A stretch of 64,000 nucleotides of DNA. It comes from Candidatus Calditenuis fumarioli (GTDB taxonomy: Archaea; Thermoproteota; Nitrososphaeria_A; Caldarchaeales; Calditenuaceae). Location of the stretch: NCBI GenBank assembly GCA_030059665.1, contig JANVYR010000002.1, positions 64,001-128,000 on the forward strand, given 5' to 3'. A program made the translations under genes and the position numbers. This document shows positions 25,976 to 35,816 of this stretch, in pieces; position 1 is the first letter of the stretch, and the number at the start of each line of letters is the position of its first letter. The notes under the pieces were generated by a model. The model did no database searches, was not told the DNA's origin, and worked only from the letters and a program-made list of their open reading frames with translations.

Positions 25976-27304
25976 TCAGTACCTGGGTATGGACGGGTCT
26001 ATCCGGGCAGCGTAGGCGTCGATGCCACCAGCGAGGTTGTAGCTCCTCGTGATGCCTATGTCGCGCAGCAGCTTCACCGCGAGCGCGCTCCTCTGACCCG
26101 TGTGGCAGTAAACTATCACCTTCTTGGTCTGGTCGATCTCGTGCAGCCTGGAGGTCAGTTGGCTCAGCGGTATCAGCTTCGCGCCGGGTATCCTGCAGAT
26201 CTCCCACTCCACCGGCTCCCGGACGTCGATGATCTCGATCCGCTCGCCCTGATCCAGCATCCTCTTGAACTCCTCGGGCGTGATGCTGAAGCCCGCACCT
26301 ATCTCCTCACCTGTCACCCTGACGCCGCAGAAGGCCTCGTAGTCGATCAGCTCCCTTATCGTCGGGTTGTCGCCGCAGACGGGGCAGTTCCTGTCGCGCT
26401 GGAACGAGAGCTCCCGGAACGTCATCGAGAGCGCGTCCACCAGCAGCAGCCTCCCTATCAGCGGCCTCCCTATGCCGAGGATCAGCTTCAGGGCCTCGTT
26501 CGCCTGTAGAGCGCCCACTATGCCCGGCAGCACCCCCAGCACCCCACCCTCAGCGCAGGAGGGCACCAGACCCGGCGGTGGAGGCTCGGGGTAGAGGCAC
26601 CTGTAGCACGGCCCCTTACCCGCGTAGAACACCGAGACCTGCCCGTCGAACCTGAAGATGCTCCCGTAGACCAGAGGCTTCCTGAGCATGACGCAGGCGT
26701 CGTTGAGCAGGTACCTCGTCGGGAAGTTGTCGGTCGCGTCGATCACCAGGTCGTACTCCCTGATGATGTCCAGCGCGTTGCTCGAGTTGATCACCGTGTC
26801 GTAGTGCTTCACCTCGATCATCGGGTTCAGAGCCTTCAGCCTCCGGGCGGCCACCTCGGCCTTGCTCTTTCCCACGTCCTCGGTGGTGAAGAGGATCTGT
26901 CGCTGGAGGTTCGTCTCGTCCACTTCGTCGAAGTCCACGATCCCTATCCTGCCGACGCCTGCAGCGGCCAGGTACATCGAGACCGGCGATCCGAGGCCTC
27001 CTGCGCCCACGACCAGAACCTTCGCAGCCTTCAGCCTCTTCTGCCCCCTCATCCCGACCTCAGGCATGATCAGGTGCCTGCCGTAGCGGCGTATCTCCGG
27101 GAAGCTCAGGGCCACGTACTCCTCGCCCTTAACCACCGGTTCGAGGCTCTGGAGCTCGACCACCTCGCGGATCCCAAGATCAGGCGGTATTTCAACCGGA
27201 ACCCCGTCCCGGAGGCCCGCAGGGAAACCGGCAGCCCGATCAGACCATCGCCCTTCTCGGCCCCTCTGCCGGTCCTTGTCTCGGTATCCGCACCCGGTTT
27301 CCAA
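25976..27304 (-). CDS. moeB: MoeB/ThiF E1-like adenylyltransferase with C-terminal rhodanese (MoeZ/UbaA-like)
   Basis: RYGRHL, VGAGGLGSP, NLQRQIL, PCYRC, CPVC, VIVYCHTGQRS; start uncertain. Confidence 0.92.
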   Translation of the reverse strand: METGCGYRDKDRQRGREGRWSDRAAGFPAGLRDGVPVEIPPDLGIREVVELQSLEPVVKGEEYVALSFPEIRRYGRHLIMPEVGMRGQKRLKAAKVLVVGAGGLGSPVSMYLAAAGVGRIGIVDFDEVDETNLQRQILFTTEDVGKSKAEVAARRLKALNPMIEVKHYDTVINSSNALDIIREYDLVIDATDNFPTRYLLNDACVMLRKPLVYGSIFRFDGQVSVFYAGKGPCYRCLYPEPPPPGLVPSCAEGGVLGVLPGIVGALQANEALKLILGIGRPLIGRLLLVDALSMTFRELSFQRDRNCPVCGDNPTIRELIDYEAFCGVRVTGEEIGAGFSITPEEFKRMLDQGERIEIIDVREPVEWEICRIPGAKLIPLSQLTSRLHEIDQTKKVIVYCHTGQRSALAVKLLRDIGITRSYNLAGGIDAYAARIDPSIPRY

Positions 27305-27356
27305 TTTCCGTCAGAAAACTTTAATACAAGTTACGGATTGAGGAAGAGGAGTTCCG

Positions 27357-27803
27357 ATGTCGGCGGTCTGGCTCGACGACATAGACCGGAAGATACTCGA
27401 GCTCCTCTCACAGGACGCGAGGACCTCCTACAAGCAGATGGGTGAAGCGGTGGGCCTCTCCGAGGGTGCCGTGAGGAAGAGGGTGAAGCGGCTGGTCGAG
27501 CAGGGAGTGATCAAGAGGTTCACGGTGGTCATCGACGACAAATCGGTGATCAAGGCCCTTACCATGATCAACGTGGACCCTTCGGTGCCGACGCCTGCGG
27601 TGGCCGAGTCGCTGATGAAGATCGAGGGGGTTCAGGAGGTTTACGAGGTGACGGGGGTCTACGACGCCATAGCGCTCATCATGGCATCCGACATGAACAT
27701 GCTGAACCGGTGCATCGACAGCGTCCGTAGGGTCCGGGGCGTCAGGAACACGAACACCTGCATCATCCTGAAGTCCGTCCAGCCGCAGTCCCGAAGCCGT
27801 TGA
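27357..27803 (+). CDS. Lrp/AsnC family regulator
   Basis: LDDIDRKILELLSQDAR, LSEGAVRKRV, YEVTGVYD. Confidence 0.92.
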   Translation: MSAVWLDDIDRKILELLSQDARTSYKQMGEAVGLSEGAVRKRVKRLVEQGVIKRFTVVIDDKSVIKALTMINVDPSVPTPAVAESLMKIEGVQEVYEVTGVYDAIALIMASDMNMLNRCIDSVRRVRGVRNTNTCIILKSVQPQSRSR

Positions 27804-27840
27804 ACTGAAGCTTAAATGAAGGGAGCTGTGGGTTGTTTTC

Positions 27841-28515
27841 GTGGACAAGACGATATTCTGGTTGTCCGTGCTGTTGATCCTGAGCGGGGCCGCGGGGATC
27901 TTCATCACGTACGGCGGCATCTCGAGGACCTTCGAGCACGGGATGCAGGCGGTCTCCGCGCTGCTGATGCTCATGGGGATCCTGATGCTTCCGGGAGGGA
28001 TCTTCAGGGGAGGGCCGCCGAGCGTCAAACCGAGGCAGGGCCTGATGCTCGGTGTAGCCGTCTTCGCGATCGCCACCGGCCTCACCTTCGCCGCGGTCGT
28101 AGGCTACGGCCCCTTCGGGAATCTGTACAAGAGGAGCGTAGAGATCGGTGAAGCGCCGATCACCGTCCACGTCTCGATCATACCGGGTTCGTGGGACCCC
28201 AGACAGACGGAGAACTTCGTTCCCAAGAACATACGCGTCATCCTCTTCGTGAACCACACGGTCGTCTGGACCAACAACGAGGAGCTGGACGTAGCCCACA
28301 CAGTGACGAGTGACGGTGACCTCTTCGACTCGGGCCTCTTCGGTAAGGGCGAGTCGTTCAAGTACAACTTCGGGCGCGAGGGGGTCTACACGTACCACTG
28401 CGTACCGCACCCGTGGATGAGGGGGTCCGTGACCGTCGAGAGGGTGCCCGATGAGCAGGTCAACGCCATCCTCGAGGCGCTGGGCGTGAAGCAGCAGGAG
28501 ACCTCAGGCGGTTGA
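27841..28515 (+). CDS. Membrane-anchored cupredoxin (plastocyanin-like)
   Basis: Three N-terminal TMs; AHTVTS and YHCVPHPWM type-1 Cu ligands. Confidence 0.85.
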   Translation: MDKTIFWLSVLLILSGAAGIFITYGGISRTFEHGMQAVSALLMLMGILMLPGGIFRGGPPSVKPRQGLMLGVAVFAIATGLTFAAVVGYGPFGNLYKRSVEIGEAPITVHVSIIPGSWDPRQTENFVPKNIRVILFVNHTVVWTNNEELDVAHTVTSDGDLFDSGLFGKGESFKYNFGREGVYTYHCVPHPWMRGSVTVERVPDEQVNAILEALGVKQQETSGG

Positions 28516-29067
28516 TCAGTCCCTGACCCTCTTCCTCAGCACCCAGGCGTTCAGGGCGAGCAGGGCCGCACCGACGTATCCCGGAACGAGGCCCAGCGTT
28601 CCGGCAAGCCCTATCCCGAGGGCCACAAGGACCAGCGATGGAGCCCACCCGCAGCAGAGGTAGAAGGCGGATGCCATGAAGCCGAGCACCGCGCCTGCCA
28701 GTGACCCGCCCGAGACGACGAGGCACGTCCTTATCCTTCCGGTGACGTAAAGGGCCATCAGGTAGTAGACGTTGATCGCCAGCAGCACAGACATCGCCAA
28801 CCCGAGTCCGAACGCGAGCCACCTCACGGTGAGCACGAAGCCTTCGCCGATCACCTGCGTCGCCGGTCCGGTGTAGGTCTGCGACTCGATGAAGGCCGGG
28901 ACCAAGATCAGCCCCCTCACCCCGACAGGCGGCGCGGCGCTGTATGTGACCGAGCCGGAGAGGAGCGAGTAGCCGATGAGGTAAGCGATACCCGCAGCTA
29001 CCGAGAGCGCCCCCGGCATCAGGCCCCAGCCGGCCCTTGCTTCAGCTCTCGGCCCCAGCGAGACCAT
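28516..29067 (-). CDS. Hypothetical membrane protein
   Basis: Four hydrophobic segments and a CCG motif; convergent with the cupredoxin gene. Confidence 0.6.
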   Translation of the reverse strand: MVSLGPRAEARAGWGLMPGALSVAAGIAYLIGYSLLSGSVTYSAAPPVGVRGLILVPAFIESQTYTGPATQVIGEGFVLTVRWLAFGLGLAMSVLLAINVYYLMALYVTGRIRTCLVVSGGSLAGAVLGFMASAFYLCCGWAPSLVLVALGIGLAGTLGLVPGYVGAALLALNAWVLRKRVRD

Positions 29068-29192
29068 GTCCACCTTCAAACCGAGCTCCCGAGCTTTACG
29101 GGTATCGCCGGATCACAGTGCCTTCTCCGCACGTTGCATCCTCGGGAATTCGGTTTTTTAATCATGGTTAGGGTGAGGGTCCGGGGGAAAGG

Positions 29193-31382
29193 ATGCCACG
29201 GGTGAAGAAGATCTCGGAGGTCAAGGAGATACTGCGGAACAAGGACCAGATCAGGAACATCGGGATAATCGCACACGTCGACCACGGGAAGACCACGACC
29301 ACCGACTCGCTCCTCGCCGCAGCCGGCCTGCTCTCTCCGGCCCTCGCAGGGAAGGCCCTCGCGCTCGACTACCTCGAGGAGGAGCAGCAGAGGCAGATGA
29401 CGATCAAGGCAGCCAACATATCGCTCTACTACGAGCTGGACGGGAAACCGTACATCATCAACCTGATAGACACGCCGGGTCACGTCGACTTCTCCGGGAG
29501 GGTGACGAGGGCTCTTAGGGCCATCGACGGTGCGATCGTGGTGGTGGACGCTGTGGAGGGCGTTATGACCCAGACCGAGACGGTCATCAGGCAGGCCCTC
29601 GGCGAACGCGTCAAGCCGGTGCTCTACATCAACAAGATCGACAGGCTGATCAAGGAGCTGAGGCTCTCGCCGGAGAAGATCCAGGAGGTCATCAGCAGGA
29701 TCGTGCTGGAGGTCAACAGGCTGATCGAGATGTACGCGGAGCCGGAGTACAAGGACGCTTGGAAGGTCAGCTTCCAGGCCGGAACGGTGGCGATGGGCAG
29801 CTCGAAGGACAGGTGGGGCTTCACGCTCCAGCAGGCACAGAAGAAGGGGATCAAGTTCAGCGACATCCTGAAGGCGTTCAACGAGGGCAACATCGACTGG
29901 CTGAGGGAGACTCTGCCGCTCCACGAGGCGATCCTCGAGATGGTGATCAAGAACCATCCGCCGCCCCACGTGGCCCAGCGCTACAGGATACCGAAGATCT
30001 GGAAGGGCGACATCGAGTCCGAGGTCGGGAAGGACATGATCGAGTGCAACGACGATGGCATACCGGTCATGATCGTGACCGACGTGAAGGTCGACCCGCA
30101 GGCAGGCGTCGTCGCGACCGGCAGGCTCTTCAGCGGCACCGTCAGGGACGGCGACGTTCTCCGGATCGTGGGCCGCAACATAGAGCGCAGGGTTCAGCAG
30201 GTCACGGTCTACATGGGGCCGAACAGGGAGATCGTCAACGAGCTTCCGGCCGGGAACATACCGGCCCTTCTCGGGATCGAGGAGGCGCGAGCTGGCGACA
30301 CGCTCTCGACGATAGACATGGTACCGTTCGAGTCGCTGAAGTACGTCTCGGATCCCGTTGTGACCGTTGCGATCGAGCCGAAGCACAGCAAGGACCTGCC
30401 GAGGCTTGTGGAGTTCCTGAACAAGCTGACGATAGAGGACCCGACGCTGGTCACGACGATCAGGCCCGAGACCGGAGAGTACCTCATCAGCGGAATGGGG
30501 ACCCTCCACCTCGAGATAGCGCTCACGTGGATCCAGAAGGCCGGACTCGAGGTCGTCGCGGGCAAGCCGATAATCCTCTACAGGGAGTCTGTTCTGAAGC
30601 GCGGCAAGGTCTTCGAGGGCAAGTCGCCCAACAAGCACAACAGGATCTACATCTACGTCGAGAAGCTGGAGGACGAAGTCGTCGAGCTCATCAGGAAGGG
30701 CGAGCTCTTCGACGAGATGGACAGGAGGACCATCGCGAAGATCCTGAGGGACCACGGGTGGGACACCGACGAGGCGAGGGGCGTCTGGATGATTGACCCG
30801 AACGGCAACATATTCGTTGACATGACCAAGGGAGCCCAGTACCTCCACGAGACCAAGGCGTACATCCTCAGCGGCTTCCAGCGCGTTATCCAGGAGGGAC
30901 CTCTGGCGGGCGAGAAGGTCAGGGGATTGAAGGCCGTTCTGGTGAACGTAGACCTCCACGAGGACCCGGTCCACAGGGGCCTCGCGCAGATAGCCCCTGC
31001 AACGTGGAGGGCCGTCTACGCCAGCATGCTGACAGCTGAGCCGACGCTGCTCGAGCCGATCATGAGGATCGACGTGAAGGTCCCGCAGGACTTCATGGGC
31101 GCCGTCACATCGATCATCTCCTCGAAGCGCGGCAGAATCGTGAACGTGACCCAGTCGGAATACGTGACGACCGTCATCGGAGAGATACCCGCGGCCGAGG
31201 CAGGAGACCTGGCTGACCAGATGAGGGCCGCCACGATGGGGAAGGCCTTCTGGGGGATGGAGTTCGCCGCGTGGAGGCCGGTGCCCGCGTCGCTCTTCGA
31301 GAAGGTGGTCATGGAGATCAGGAAGAGGAAGGGGATGCCGCTGAAGCTGCCGACGGTGGAGGACTACGTCGAGGAGGCCTGA
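29193..31382 (+). CDS. fusA: Translation elongation factor 2
   Basis: AHVDHGKTT, DTPGHVDF, NKID, diphthamide loop HEDPVHRG. Confidence 0.98.
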   Translation: MPRVKKISEVKEILRNKDQIRNIGIIAHVDHGKTTTTDSLLAAAGLLSPALAGKALALDYLEEEQQRQMTIKAANISLYYELDGKPYIINLIDTPGHVDFSGRVTRALRAIDGAIVVVDAVEGVMTQTETVIRQALGERVKPVLYINKIDRLIKELRLSPEKIQEVISRIVLEVNRLIEMYAEPEYKDAWKVSFQAGTVAMGSSKDRWGFTLQQAQKKGIKFSDILKAFNEGNIDWLRETLPLHEAILEMVIKNHPPPHVAQRYRIPKIWKGDIESEVGKDMIECNDDGIPVMIVTDVKVDPQAGVVATGRLFSGTVRDGDVLRIVGRNIERRVQQVTVYMGPNREIVNELPAGNIPALLGIEEARAGDTLSTIDMVPFESLKYVSDPVVTVAIEPKHSKDLPRLVEFLNKLTIEDPTLVTTIRPETGEYLISGMGTLHLEIALTWIQKAGLEVVAGKPIILYRESVLKRGKVFEGKSPNKHNRIYIYVEKLEDEVVELIRKGELFDEMDRRTIAKILRDHGWDTDEARGVWMIDPNGNIFVDMTKGAQYLHETKAYILSGFQRVIQEGPLAGEKVRGLKAVLVNVDLHEDPVHRGLAQIAPATWRAVYASMLTAEPTLLEPIMRIDVKVPQDFMGAVTSIISSKRGRIVNVTQSEYVTTVIGEIPAAEAGDLADQMRAATMGKAFWGMEFAAWRPVPASLFEKVVMEIRKRKGMPLKLPTVEDYVEEA

Positions 31383-31390
31383 CCCCGGGA

Positions 31391-32065
31391 TCAGACCTCC
31401 ACGCCTATCATGTCCGTGTAGAGCTTGAGGGTGTTCTCGAGGGCCTCCTCGGCCCATTCCCTCATCTCGTTTCTCACAGGCCCCTTGATCCTGCCCGACT
31501 CCATGACGACCAGCTCGTCGCAGAGGTAGTAGGCCTCAAGTGGATCGTGGGTCACGAAGACCGTCGGCACGTCCAACCTCCTGAGGGTCCTCAGCACCAT
31601 CACCTTGTTCGGGAAGTCCAGTGCCTGAGTCGGCTCGTCGAGTATCAGGACCTTGGGCCCCTTCAGGAGGGCCGTGGCTATGTTGAGGAGCTGCCTTTCG
31701 CCACCGGAGAGGCCGGACTTGGCCAGCAACCCGTCGAGCCCCAGGTTCTCGACGACCCACCTGAAATCGGTCCCGTGGAGGCGCGCGAAGTAACGCAGCT
31801 GCTCAGCAGGCCTGAAGGGCAGGACCACCCGCTCCTGAGGCAGGTAGGCTATCGGCCTCCTCTCCGTGGGCAGGTCCGTGACGTCCACCCCGTCGACGAT
31901 CACCCTCCCCCTCTCGTTCCTCAGTATGCCGACCACCGCCTTGACGAAGGTCGTCTTCCCCGACCCGTTCCGTCCGAGGAGAGCGGTCTTCCCTCTCACC
32001 ACGAGCTCGTCGACCCTTATCTCGATGCCGTAGGCCCTCACCAGGAAGTCACTTACCTCGAGCAA
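31391..32065 (-). CDS. Molybdate/tungstate ABC transporter ATPase
   Basis: GRNGSGKT, LSGGERQ, LDEPT; last gene of the operon. Confidence 0.82.
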   Translation of the reverse strand: MLEVSDFLVRAYGIEIRVDELVVRGKTALLGRNGSGKTTFVKAVVGILRNERGRVIVDGVDVTDLPTERRPIAYLPQERVVLPFRPAEQLRYFARLHGTDFRWVVENLGLDGLLAKSGLSGGERQLLNIATALLKGPKVLILDEPTQALDFPNKVMVLRTLRRLDVPTVFVTHDPLEAYYLCDELVVMESGRIKGPVRNEMREWAEEALENTLKLYTDMIGVEV

Positions 32066-32753
32066 CTCCCGTCAACCTCTCGATCAGGAAGCCCACCGCG
32101 ACCGCAAGGGCCAGCAGCGCCACCGATCCTCCAACTACCGGTGCCGCACCCCACGCCAGGAAGTTCTCGAAGATGTAAACCCCGATCGTGGTGGGCCTCC
32201 TCGCCAGGATCAGGACGGCACCCAGCTCCGAGAAGGCCCTGAACCAGCTCAATATGGCCGAGATGACGACGGCAGACCTGATGGACCTGATGGCTATCGG
32301 TATCACCCTCCATCCCGTCACGCCCATCCCAGCGAGGAACTCGAAGTACCCCGTACCGAGCGATACGAGGGCGCTCCTGAGGGCGGTGAACCCGATGGGC
32401 AGCGAGACGATCGTCATCGCGATCACTATCGCCGCAGGCGTGTCCACGAGCCCTGCCCCGAAGACCAAGGGCGCCAGAAGAACACCGATGGCCGTGTGAG
32501 GGACGGAGACCGTCGCCGTGACGAGCGGTGCCAGCGTCCTCCCCGGAGACCTCAGCGAGCCTTGGGCCAGAACCAGAGCTAGCGGTAGCGTGATGAGGGT
32601 CGAGATCGTGGACAGGACCACGGTGTTCACCAGCGCCTCGCTGAACTCCTCCGTGAAGGCCAGGGGATACCTGAGGACCGCGGGGACTGTGAGGATCGCG
32701 AAGTAACCCAGGATGACGACTACGACGTAGAGCTGGAACCTCTCCATCGGCAC
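32049..32753 (-). CDS. Molybdate/tungstate ABC transporter permease
   Basis: VPHTAIG, SWFRAFSELGAV. Confidence 0.82.
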   Translation of the reverse strand: MPMERFQLYVVVVILGYFAILTVPAVLRYPLAFTEEFSEALVNTVVLSTISTLITLPLALVLAQGSLRSPGRTLAPLVTATVSVPHTAIGVLLAPLVFGAGLVDTPAAIVIAMTIVSLPIGFTALRSALVSLGTGYFEFLAGMGVTGWRVIPIAIRSIRSAVVISAILSWFRAFSELGAVLILARRPTTIGVYIFENFLAWGAAPVVGGSVALLALAVAVGFLIERLTGVARGK

Positions 32754-32755
32754 GG

Positions 32756-33619
32756 CTACACCCTGAGACCGTACCTCGCCGGGTTGAGCCTCAGGAGCTC
32801 CACGACCTCCCTCACGAAGCGCTCCCCCTTATCGGTGAAGGCGATCGCCACAGCTTCGAACCTCTTGACCTCCAGCTCGCCGAGCGTGATCCTGGCGATG
32901 AACCTCATGGGTGGATCGCTCCCGAAGGAGATCTCCTCCGGCAGGCTGATGACCGCGTACTTGCCTTCCAGGTTCCTCGACACCGCGAAGGGAACGTAGG
33001 CGAAGATGCAGTCGACGGCGCCGTTCTCGAGCAGCTGGAAGGACGCTGAGAGGTCGTCCCTCGCGAGGAATGGACCTGATGCCTTGAACTCCCTCATTTC
33101 TATGATCACGCGGTCCTGAGCTGCCTCGAACTTCACCGAGAGGTATCTCTCTAAATCCTCCACCTTGAAGATATTACGCTTCACAGCCATCCAATAGAGC
33201 GCCGCTATTGCCCTGTAACCGATCGGGGCCGTGTTGGGGTTCGCGAGCCCGATCCTCTTTCGCGACAGATCCTCCAGCGTCGTCTTCTCCCTGCAGATCA
33301 GGTTGAGCTTGAAGTTGCCGAGAGAGGTCACGCTCCTGTACTGCTTGACGTAGTTGACCAGCTCCGCGTCCACGCTCAACAAAGCATCGGGTACCGCACC
33401 CTGCTCGATCCTCCTCACCGCCGCCGCGCTCCCCATCACGATCACCGTTACGTTGTACGGCGACTGCATCCTCGCCTTCGCGTCGTTTGCCAGAACAGCA
33501 AGCGTCGGTGCCGCGTACACCGTGACGTTCTCCGCCCTCGCGGTCATGACGTACTGATATGCCAGAAGGGCCGCGGCTCCCACCGCTAGGACCAGACCGA
33601 TGAGGAATATTCTTCGCAT
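32756..33619 (-). CDS. WtpA/ModA-like substrate-binding protein
   Basis: GSAAAVRRI, GLANPNTAPIGYRA, DCIFAY. Confidence 0.8.
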   Translation of the reverse strand: MRRIFLIGLVLAVGAAALLAYQYVMTARAENVTVYAAPTLAVLANDAKARMQSPYNVTVIVMGSAAAVRRIEQGAVPDALLSVDAELVNYVKQYRSVTSLGNFKLNLICREKTTLEDLSRKRIGLANPNTAPIGYRAIAALYWMAVKRNIFKVEDLERYLSVKFEAAQDRVIIEMREFKASGPFLARDDLSASFQLLENGAVDCIFAYVPFAVSRNLEGKYAVISLPEEISFGSDPPMRFIARITLGELEVKRFEAVAIAFTDKGERFVREVVELLRLNPARYGLRV

Positions 33620-33678
33620 CGATCCCCACTTATGCAGTTCTAATTTTTAAGGTGGATTCTTCAATTACCCAACGCTAC

Positions 33679-34224
33679 ATGACGCATGTCAGGATTGAGG
33701 GCAGACAGGTCGTCGTGACCGTGGACGAAGGCCGGGTCGTGAGGTTAAGGCGCGAGCTCCTCGAGCTCCTCGACGGCGTAAGGAGGTTCGGCTCTCTCTC
33801 GAGGTCCTGCAGGGCCCTGGGGATCACCCTCAAGACCGGTCTCTCCTGGTTGAAGAACGCCGAAGGGTCGCTGGGCCAGAGGCTCGTGGAGAGGGTGCGC
33901 GGGGGTAAAGGGGGCGGAGGGGCCCTTCTCACGGCGGAGGGCTCCAGGCTTCTGATGGCCTACTACAGCGCCATGTCCGTGACGAGGCCTGGGTTCGTGG
34001 CTTCCCTGATCGAGGAGAGTCTAAGCGCGCGCAACAGGCTCTCCGGAAGGGTCGAGTCCGTGGTGAGGGGCGATGTGGTCTCGTTGGTTGAAGTGGAGCT
34101 GGAACCGAAGCAGAGGGTGAAGGCGGTGGTCACGACGCAGGCGCTCGACTCCCTTCGCCTCGAGAAGGGCAGACCGGTCCTCCTCGTCGTCAAGGCGACC
34201 GACGTGATGGTCCTCTCTCTCTAG
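33679..34224 (+). CDS. ModE-like regulator (wHTH + TOBE)
   Basis: GSLSRSCRALG, RGGKGGGGALLT, SARNRLSG, VVKATDVM; divergent from the wtp operon. Confidence 0.85.
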   Translation: MTHVRIEGRQVVVTVDEGRVVRLRRELLELLDGVRRFGSLSRSCRALGITLKTGLSWLKNAEGSLGQRLVERVRGGKGGGGALLTAEGSRLLMAYYSAMSVTRPGFVASLIEESLSARNRLSGRVESVVRGDVVSLVEVELEPKQRVKAVVTTQALDSLRLEKGRPVLLVVKATDVMVLSL

Positions 34225-34277
34225 GACTTAAGGTGACCGCGCCAAACGTGATGGGCAAGTTACCAAGCTCCGGGCCT

Positions 34278-35369
34278 TCACCTGGTGATCTCCTGGCTCC
34301 TGACGAACTCGTAGAGCTCCCTCGCCCTAGAGTTGGTCTCGAAGTGCCTGCGGATCGGGGCTATCAGCTCGTCGAGCGCCCTCGCCACAGCCCTCTTCAG
34401 GTCAAGCGGATGGAGCCTGCCAGCGAGGTAGTCGTCGCGGAGCTGCTCGTACGTCTCGTAAACCACGTCGCCTCCGTACCTCTGCTCCCTCTCGACCCTC
34501 AGCCTCCCCATGGCCCTGAAGACGATGTGCTTGGCGTAGTCGAGCACCGGGTTCCCCTCCTCCGTCCTCGGAGGACAGTAGGCTCCCAGGATCTTCCTCT
34601 CGATCACCTCCGGCGGGTCGTGGACCAGTATGCTCGTCTCGGGCAGGCTCTTGCTCATCTTCGAGCTGATCTGGACGTCTATCCTCGGGTCGTCGTCCAT
34701 CCCCTTCGCGCCCACCGGGCCCTGCAGGCCCATCAGCATGTGGTGGTGGACCGCAACGGGCTTCCATAGGCCCAGCTTCGGCCCTATCTCCCTGGCGAGC
34801 ATGTTGGCCCTCCTCTGGTCTAGCCCCAGCTGGCAGATGTGGCAACCCATGTAGAAGATGTCAGCCACCTGCATGGCCGGGTAGATGACCTGGGCAGCCT
34901 CCTGGAGCTCGCCCTCAACCCTGCCCATGATCGGGAGGGCCCTCAGGATCCTGCGGAGCGTCACCGACCTCGCAACCCGCAGCACCAGCTTCCAGTACTC
35001 CGGGTCAGAGGCGTTGTCGCTGGCCCACACCACCTCGACCGAGTTCATGTCAACCCCCGCGGCCCTCCAGACCTCGATGAAGTACTCGCCGACGCGCCTG
35101 ATCGCCTCGAGGTCCCCTCCCATCTTGTTGTTGATCATCGCGTGCCAGTCCGCGAGCAGGAGCTTGAACCTGCACCCGGCCTCTATCATGTCCCTGAGCT
35201 TGATCGGCCTCAGGAGCCCGAAGGGGAGGTGCGCGAGACCGCTCGGCTCGAAGCCGTCGTACGCCACCGGCCTCTCCACCGTCTCGAGGAGCGTCCTGAG
35301 CTCCTCCGGCGTTATCACCTCCTCCGTCGGAGGCCTCAGTATCAGCTCCATCCTCCGCTCGACGTCCAT
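34278..35369 (-). CDS. tyrS: Tyrosyl-tRNA synthetase
   Basis: YDGFEPSG, LADWHA, YPAMQVAD, GLDQRR, KMSKS, LHPLDLK. Confidence 0.95.
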   Translation of the reverse strand: MDVERRMELILRPPTEEVITPEELRTLLETVERPVAYDGFEPSGLAHLPFGLLRPIKLRDMIEAGCRFKLLLADWHAMINNKMGGDLEAIRRVGEYFIEVWRAAGVDMNSVEVVWASDNASDPEYWKLVLRVARSVTLRRILRALPIMGRVEGELQEAAQVIYPAMQVADIFYMGCHICQLGLDQRRANMLAREIGPKLGLWKPVAVHHHMLMGLQGPVGAKGMDDDPRIDVQISSKMSKSLPETSILVHDPPEVIERKILGAYCPPRTEEGNPVLDYAKHIVFRAMGRLRVEREQRYGGDVVYETYEQLRDDYLAGRLHPLDLKRAVARALDELIAPIRRHFETNSRARELYEFVRSQEITR

Positions 35370-35437
35370 CCGTTGCGAGTCTCCAGTCCGTTCTTAAAAC
35401 CCTCTTGGCTTCTGCGCTGGCTTATCCCGGACTTCGG

Positions 35438-35815
35438 TTACGTTACCAGCCTCACCCCCCCTCTCTCAGAGACGAAGGCGGCCCGCATCCCCGCCCTCAG
35501 CGCCCTCCTGAAGATCCCGAGGTCCGCTGTGACCAGGAGCGACCCGTCCCGGCTTGCCGTCTGGAGCAGCACCTCGTCGGCAGGCCCATGTCCAGCTGGC
35601 TCGACGACCCCGATGCGCTCCGCCATGCCCAGCGCAACCCTCGCCGCCCTTCCCCTCCTCCCCTCAAGCCGCGAGAGGTTCCTGAGCTCCTCTACCACCT
35701 GCGGAATTGTGCGGGGCTCCAGGGGTTCTCCGAGCTTGTCCGCCACCAGCGAGAGGAGGTCCCTCCCCAGGTCGGCGCAGAGCATCAGGAAGCTCGTGTC
35801 CAGAAGGGCCCTCAA
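35438..35815 (-). CDS. PIN-domain protein (Fcf1/Utp23-like)
   Basis: LLDTSFL, VVEEL, ADE, LVTAD; typical position downstream of aIF2gamma. Confidence 0.85.
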   Translation of the reverse strand: MRALLDTSFLMLCADLGRDLLSLVADKLGEPLEPRTIPQVVEELRNLSRLEGRRGRAARVALGMAERIGVVEPAGHGPADEVLLQTASRDGSLLVTADLGIFRRALRAGMRAAFVSERGGVRLVT

Positions 35816-35816
35816 C

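Noticed and set aside
27130-27304. Remnant ubiquitin-like (ThiS/MoaD) domain at the N-terminus of the MoeB-rhodanese gene
   Set aside because: Only a vague LRDG..V.I.P resemblance with no GG motif; more likely an uncertain start codon.
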